Assembly: GCF_006345805.1 (NCBI RefSeq)
Contig: NC_043024.1
Coordinates: 9,300,001 to 9,364,000, forward strand
DNA from: Octopus sinensis
Lineage: Eukaryota
Direction of reading: 5' to 3'
DNA: 64,000 bases
Below the pieces are notes generated by a model. The model searched no databases and had not been told where the DNA came from. It was given only the letters and a program-made list of their open reading frames with translations. Below are positions 59,301-64,000 of the stretch, piece by piece. Both the position numbers and the translations under genes were made by a program. How positions within the stretch are numbered: the stretch's first letter is position 1; each line of letters starts with the position of its first letter.

Positions 59301-62300
59301 CCACCAGATAAGGGATCGGGGAACCCTGTCAAAAGCTTTCTCCAAGTCCACAAAAGCTATGTATAGGGGTTTATCTTTGGCTGGGTATTTCTCATGCAGT
59401 TGTCGAACCATGAATATGGCATCAGTGGTGCTTCTGCCAGGCACAAAACCAAACTGCATCTCATCTAAGCAGACTCTCTCCCTGATGAGATGGGCTATGA
59501 CCCTCTCCGTGACCTTCATTACCTGATCCAGCAGTTTGATACCCCTGTAGTTATTTCTATCTAGAGCATCACCTTTACCCTTGTAGCAGTTGACTATCAT
59601 CACTGACTATCATCATTGACTATTATCATCATCATCATCATTTAATATCTGTTTTCCATGCTGGCATGGGTTGAACAGTATGGCAGGAGCTGGTAAGACT
59701 GGGGGGCTGTACCAGGCTCCATCATCTGTTTTGGCATAGTGGTTCTTTTCCTTTTGAACGGCAGCCAATTTCTAGTTAACTAAACACTTTTAAACTTCGT
59801 ATACTGGTAGAATGTGTCAAAATAAAACATTTTTTTTTCTCTTGGCTTTCTTGAGAAAATTGTAATTTGTTTGTTTAACGTAGTTTAATTTTTCGAATTT
59901 TAACCAATCCTATGCTCTCTTTTGAGCTGAAATCATTTGCTGCATCTAAAACTGAGACAACATCATGCACACGCTTTCCGTATACGTACGGAAAGCCTGT
60001 GTATAAAATTATTTTGTTTGTTAATTATTTAAATCACTTTCCATTGCTTTCGGGTTTTTTTACACGCGTAACAATTAAATTAATTTAACAATTAAGAAAA
60101 AAAAAATTAGGGTTAGGGTTAGTTACAGGATGTTGTCTCATCATCATCATCATTGTTCGACCATGGTCGAGACAATGGAATTTACTATGTTACACCAGAC
60201 TTCACGGTCCATCATAGCATTACGGAGGTCCTGTTGCTGGATGCCTGTATCCCTGGAGATTACATCAGGGTAGGAGAGTGTGCGCCCTCTGGTATTGCGA
60301 GTAGATGGCTTCCAGAGGAGAAGAATAGAAATTACTTCTTTTTCAGCTCTACAACAATGTCCAGCAAACTGGACTCTCCTACCTTTCACAAGAGATGACA
60401 CAGGTGGTAATTTCCCATATATTTGCATTTTGGTTGGATGACGCTTCCACGAGAGATTTTGAGCTCTCATAAGGAGGCAAGTGTAAGTTCCATCCAACCG
60501 CCTCTCAAGCTTATTATGTTGATTATGTGTTACGTATGTCAGTTGATACCATCTCTGGCAAGGGCTTTGAAATAAAACCAAGAAGAAGTTCCAGACACCC
60601 AGCTGAGTACTTGACAGACACTGACTTTGCTGATGACATCGCTCTTATCAGTGATTCTCTCTCCAATGTTGTCTCAGTTTTAGACGCAGCAAATGATTTT
60701 AGCTCAATGGAGGTAATCGATTGGTTAAAATTGCCGAAATGCTGGGATTTTCAGACGAAACATCTTACAAACTATAGAATTTTCTCAATAAAACCAAGAG
60801 AAAATGATGTTTTATAAACACATTCTACCAGTATACAAAGTTTAAAAGTGTTTAGTTACGTGGAAATTATTTTAAAAAACTGCCGGTCAAACAGAAAAGA
60901 TCCAGGGTTAGTTAGGGTTAGGGTTAGGGGTGGGGGGAAGGGTATCTTTTTTTCTTCACAAATGTAAATAAACCCAATCTGTTTCTTAAATGAGGGACAT
61001 AGTCATACAGCACAGAATGTTTTTTACCTCAATAGACGTCAGTGATTGGTTGAAATTGCAGAAATTGAAAGAAAAAAAAACAACAAATATCTTAAAAACC
61101 ATAGAATTTTCTCAATAAAGCCAAGAGAAAAAAATGTTTTATTTTGACACATTCTACCAGTATACGAAGTTTAACATTTTTTAGTTACCTAGAAATTATT
61201 TTAAAAACTGCCGTTCAAACCGAAAAGATTCTGTTTTTTACCTCAATAGATGTCATTGATTTGTTGAAATTGCAGAAATTGAAGGAAAAACAACAACAAA
61301 TATCTTACAAACTATAGAATTTTCTCAATAAAGCCAAGAGAAAATAATGATTTATAAACACATTCTACCAGTATACGAAGTTTAATATTTTTTAGTTACC
61401 TAGAAATTATGTTGAAAACTGCCGTTCAAAAGGAAAAGATCCGGCATAGTTTCTATGGTGGAATGACCTTCCTAATGCCAGTCACTTTACAGAGTTTACC
61501 TGGTGCTTTTCATGTGACCCCCAGCACTGACCCCAGTATAAATTCTGCTTTGGTGGACATACATCATTGTACATTCCCACATCATTGTCAGAGTTCCTGC
61601 GAGAGTGAAGAGGCTCGGTTCCTTCTGTAAAGAGATGTTTGGTGAAATATGTGGAAAAAAATTAAGGAAACCTGAAGAATAGGCGCAGGAGTGGCTGTGT
61701 GGTAAGTAGCTTGCTTACCAACCACATGGTTCCGGGTTCAGTCCCACTGCATGGCACCTTGGGCAAGTGTCTTCTACTATAGCCTCGGGCCGACCAAAGC
61801 CTTGTGAGTGGATTTGGTAGACGGAAACTGAAAGAAGCCCATCGTGTATATGTATATATATATATATCAGTCGCGTTTTTTTTTTCCCTCCGTTCGCCCA
61901 CCTCGGGATCTTTCTTTCTTCCTTCTCTTATGTTTCCGACGAAGAGCTCCGCTCGAAACGTCATACCCTCCTTCTTCCCTTTTTCCTGAGCGCCTAATAA
62001 TAATACTTTAATTGTTCCACGTGTTGTTGTTTTTTCTGTTTTCCCGTTTGGATTAACCTTATATATATATATATATACATATATGTGTGTGTGTGTCTGT
62101 GTTTGTCCCCCTAGCATTGCTTGACAACCGATGCTGGTGTGTTTATGTCCCCGTCACTTAGCGGTTCGGCAAAAGAGACCGATAGAATAAGTACTGGGCT
62201 TACAAAAGAATAAGTCCCGGGATCGAGTTGCTCGATTAAAGGCGGTGCTCCAACATGGCCGCAGTCAAATGACTGAAACAAGTAAAAGAGTATATGTGTT

Positions 62301-62776
62301 CCCCCCAGCTGGACAGGACACCAGTCCATCTCAGCGTTACTCAAGAAACAGGAAGAAAGAGTGAGAGAAAGTTGAGGTGAAAGAGTGTAATAGGGGTTGC
62401 CACCACCCCCTGCCTGAGCCTCGTGGAGCTTTTAGGTGTTTTCGCTCAATAAACACACACAACACCGGGTCTGGGAATCGAAACCGCGATCCTCCGACCG
62501 CAAGTCCGCTGCCCTAACCACTGGGCCATTGCACCTCCACATACAAAACACATTAACTTAACAGTAATAAAATTTTGAGTGGATATGTTTGCTTTCTGCA
62601 TTCAGAGGGTTATATAAAATAGATAAGGGCTTGTTTTTCATATTTAATTATTTACCAGTTTTGACTGAATTTTAATTTCTTCTTTTTGGCAGGAAGTAAT
62701 CAAAATGAACATTACAAGAGGCAAAACATTACTGCAGAAATTCAAGGGATCCGTTCAAAGGGCTGAAGTATCCTGA
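51206..62776 (+). CDS. LYRM2: LYR-motif protein 2-like gene, 3 exons (51206-51244, 58389-58526, 62693-62776), 86 aa
   Basis: MSPGQQFVPTLQH|FILRGEVIKLYRQCLRTVYKMPKEQRSSMIEWVNQEFLLNKNLQDP|EVIKMNITRGKTLLQKFKGSVQRAEVS-stop; LYR tripeptide and downstream EF; both introns phase 0 with GTAAGT donors; paralogue identity from memory of human LYRM2. Confidence 0.8.
51335..52135. repeat. Locally duplicated repeat with short TIR elements (CTTCGGTATAGGTACCG...CGGTACCTATACCGAAG)
   Basis: ~140-bp direct repeat at about 51385 and 51520; two TIR units at about 51648-51810 and 51975-52133. Confidence 0.7.
52397..53333 (+). mobile_element. Family B SINE: head plus about five tandem bodies
   Basis: Same AAAGAAATA|GGTATTTCGTC junction as at 11022. 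Confidence 0.9.
53557..53977. mobile_element. MITE (GGGATCTTTTCGG TIR family), complete
   Basis: Inverted termini readable at both ends. Confidence 0.82.
54264..54665 (-). mobile_element. SINE with (GAT)n tail (same family as 46256 and 57762)
   Basis: Sequence identity to the other copies. Confidence 0.8.
54801..56007. mobile_element. Foldback element with ~320-bp TIRs in an (AAT)n tract, carrying a family B SINE dimer (55246-55657)
   Basis: 54801-55120 inverse of 55689-56007; SINE flanked by ATGGGTATAYTGGGCTTTGTATA at 55221-55243 and 55658-55680. Confidence 0.9.
56131..56551 (+). mobile_element. Family A SINE, full length
   Basis: Matches the consensus. Confidence 0.9.
56903..57534. mobile_element. 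Cluster of three piggyBac-type MITE copies
   Basis: TTAA|CCCTT at 56903, 57072, 57314 and AAGGG|TTAA at 57293, 57534. Confidence 0.8.
57762..58340 (+). mobile_element. SINE with family A head and a different body ending in (GAT)n
   Basis: Head as at 56131 up to the TA tract, then the reverse complement of the 46256/54264 elements. Confidence 0.8.
58389..58526 (+). CDS. LYRM2: LYRM2-like exon 2 (LYR motif)
   Basis: CTTTTTAG acceptor, GTAAGT donor, 138 nt open. Confidence 0.85.
58563..58958 (-). mobile_element. Family A SINE, full length
   Basis: Reverse complement of the consensus. Confidence 0.88.
59037..59603 (-). mobile_element. RTE-clade LINE RT fragment
   Basis: NYRGIKLL, QFGFVPGRSTTDAIF, FVDLEKAFDRVP, GVHQGSALSPLL, LLYADD. 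Confidence 0.93.
60138..60665 (-). mobile_element. RTE-like LINE 3' end with (TGA)n tail plus an inverted RT (FADD) segment
   Basis: Minus: RRVQFAGHC...DREVW...STMVEQ-stop then TGATGA; plus 60540-60660: YLTDTDFADDIALISDS. Confidence 0.75.
61682..62290 (+). mobile_element. Family A SINE with a hammerhead-bearing repeat inserted in its TA tract
   Basis: Insert at about 61866-62060 contains GTTT CCGACGA A GAGC-TCC-GCTC GAAAC GTC (61932-61966, U4C). Confidence 0.82.
62345..62540 (-). mobile_element. Family C SINE 5' half
   Basis: Matches the 32462 head. Confidence 0.82.
62693..62776 (+). CDS. LYRM2: LYRM2-like exon 3 (terminal)
   Basis: TTTTTGGCAG acceptor, 84 nt to TGA. Confidence 0.8.
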   Translation, partial: EVIKMNITRGKTLLQKFKGSVQRAEVS

Positions 62777-63313
62777 TGGCATTTTTAATGTTCCCAAAAT
62801 AGACTCTCTCTCTCTCTCACTCCCCCTTATCAACAAACCTCATAACAATTGCATATATATATATATATACACACACAAAAATAAGCAACAAGAATGACTC
62901 CGGTAATTTGGCACAATTGTTTCACACTACAACATTTTATTTAAAGTTATAAATATTACAGCAGATTTAAGATGCTGAGTGCTCTTCAGCCAATTATATA
63001 GGTTTTATATAAATATAAATTTTTATGGGTAACACCATACAAAATTCTGGTGCATCTAAATTAAGGACCATATTCATTTGAATCTAAATTGTTGCTGATC
63101 TTATATATATATAATATATATATAAATGGAGTTTAATGCAGGTATAATTCCATGGAAACCCAAGTTTCTACCTTTAAAAACAAGGGGTTACAACCTCTTT
63201 ACTTGTGTGATTTTTTGCTACCCTGATAACTATTTATCTATTTTTTCCGTGTTAATTGTTAACAAGGGAAAAATACACTCATCTATTTATATATATATAT
63301 ATAATATACATGC

Positions 63314-63354
<41 letters not shown>

Positions 63355-63367
63355 CATATATACATGC

Positions 63368-63421
<54 letters not shown>

Positions 63422-64000
63422 AGAGATAAGAAATGGAATTCACAAGACTCTTCATTCAGAAACACTACAATCGTTTCGATTACAGGTGAGATGCTGTACA
63501 ATCAACTGTCATACATGATAGGTACAGACACATCTCCTCAGGTGACTTTACAAAGAAGTCCTTCCTTCTCACCTGTAAACTAAGGATGCATGATGAGTCA
63601 AAACAATCATACTGGTTCTGAATAGAGACTTCAGAGTTCCATTTTCTACCTCTCATCATTTTATATAATAAACTCTATGGACATGAAGGAATTCCTGAAG
63701 TAAATCCACTGCCATAAACATCCATACTGTCGTTGACATCAGATAGCCGAATACTGCGGAGAGGATTTAAACAGCACACTACAAGGTGTCTACCAAAATA
63801 TAAGATTATTACTGTATATATGTAATTGATTATCTTAATCCTGAGATTAAGATTATCAGTCAAGTGATAAAGAACTCAATCTGCATAGTGATTTTTTATA
63901 TATTGGAATCATTAGTAAAGGTGTAATCATTGATTGTAAATAAAAAAAAAATTTAATATATCTGTTTGTCTATCTGGTAATACATATTTTGTCTCTCTGC

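Overview
AT-rich, repeat-dense animal genomic DNA; the SINE/MITE repertoire and TA-rich microsatellites suggest an octopod cephalopod (inference). I reconstructed two spliced + strand genes by hand, both largely missed by the ORF track. (1) 6834-40184: 22 coding exons, all with GT-AG introns and consistent phases, 3852 nt = 1283 aa. Architecture: signal peptide, putative lysozyme-like domain, VWA domain with intact MIDAS, six ~148-aa three-exon Cys-containing modules arranged as 3 x (type1+type2), and a GPI-signal-like tail. The middle copy is a recent recombinant whose crossover maps to about 11 bp. (2) 51206-62776: a three-exon LYRM2-like gene (86 aa). The rest comprises a 246-bp satellite, a hairpin-rich ~489-bp concatemer inserted in an intronic (TA)n tract, and several tRNA-derived SINE families (some as tandem arrays with identical junctions). 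It also holds Penelope-type minimal hammerhead motifs (five copies with an A6U core variant), CR1, RTE, R4/Dong and Penelope fragments, a solo LTR, foldback MITEs and long microsatellites. All family assignments are from motif recognition, not database searches.
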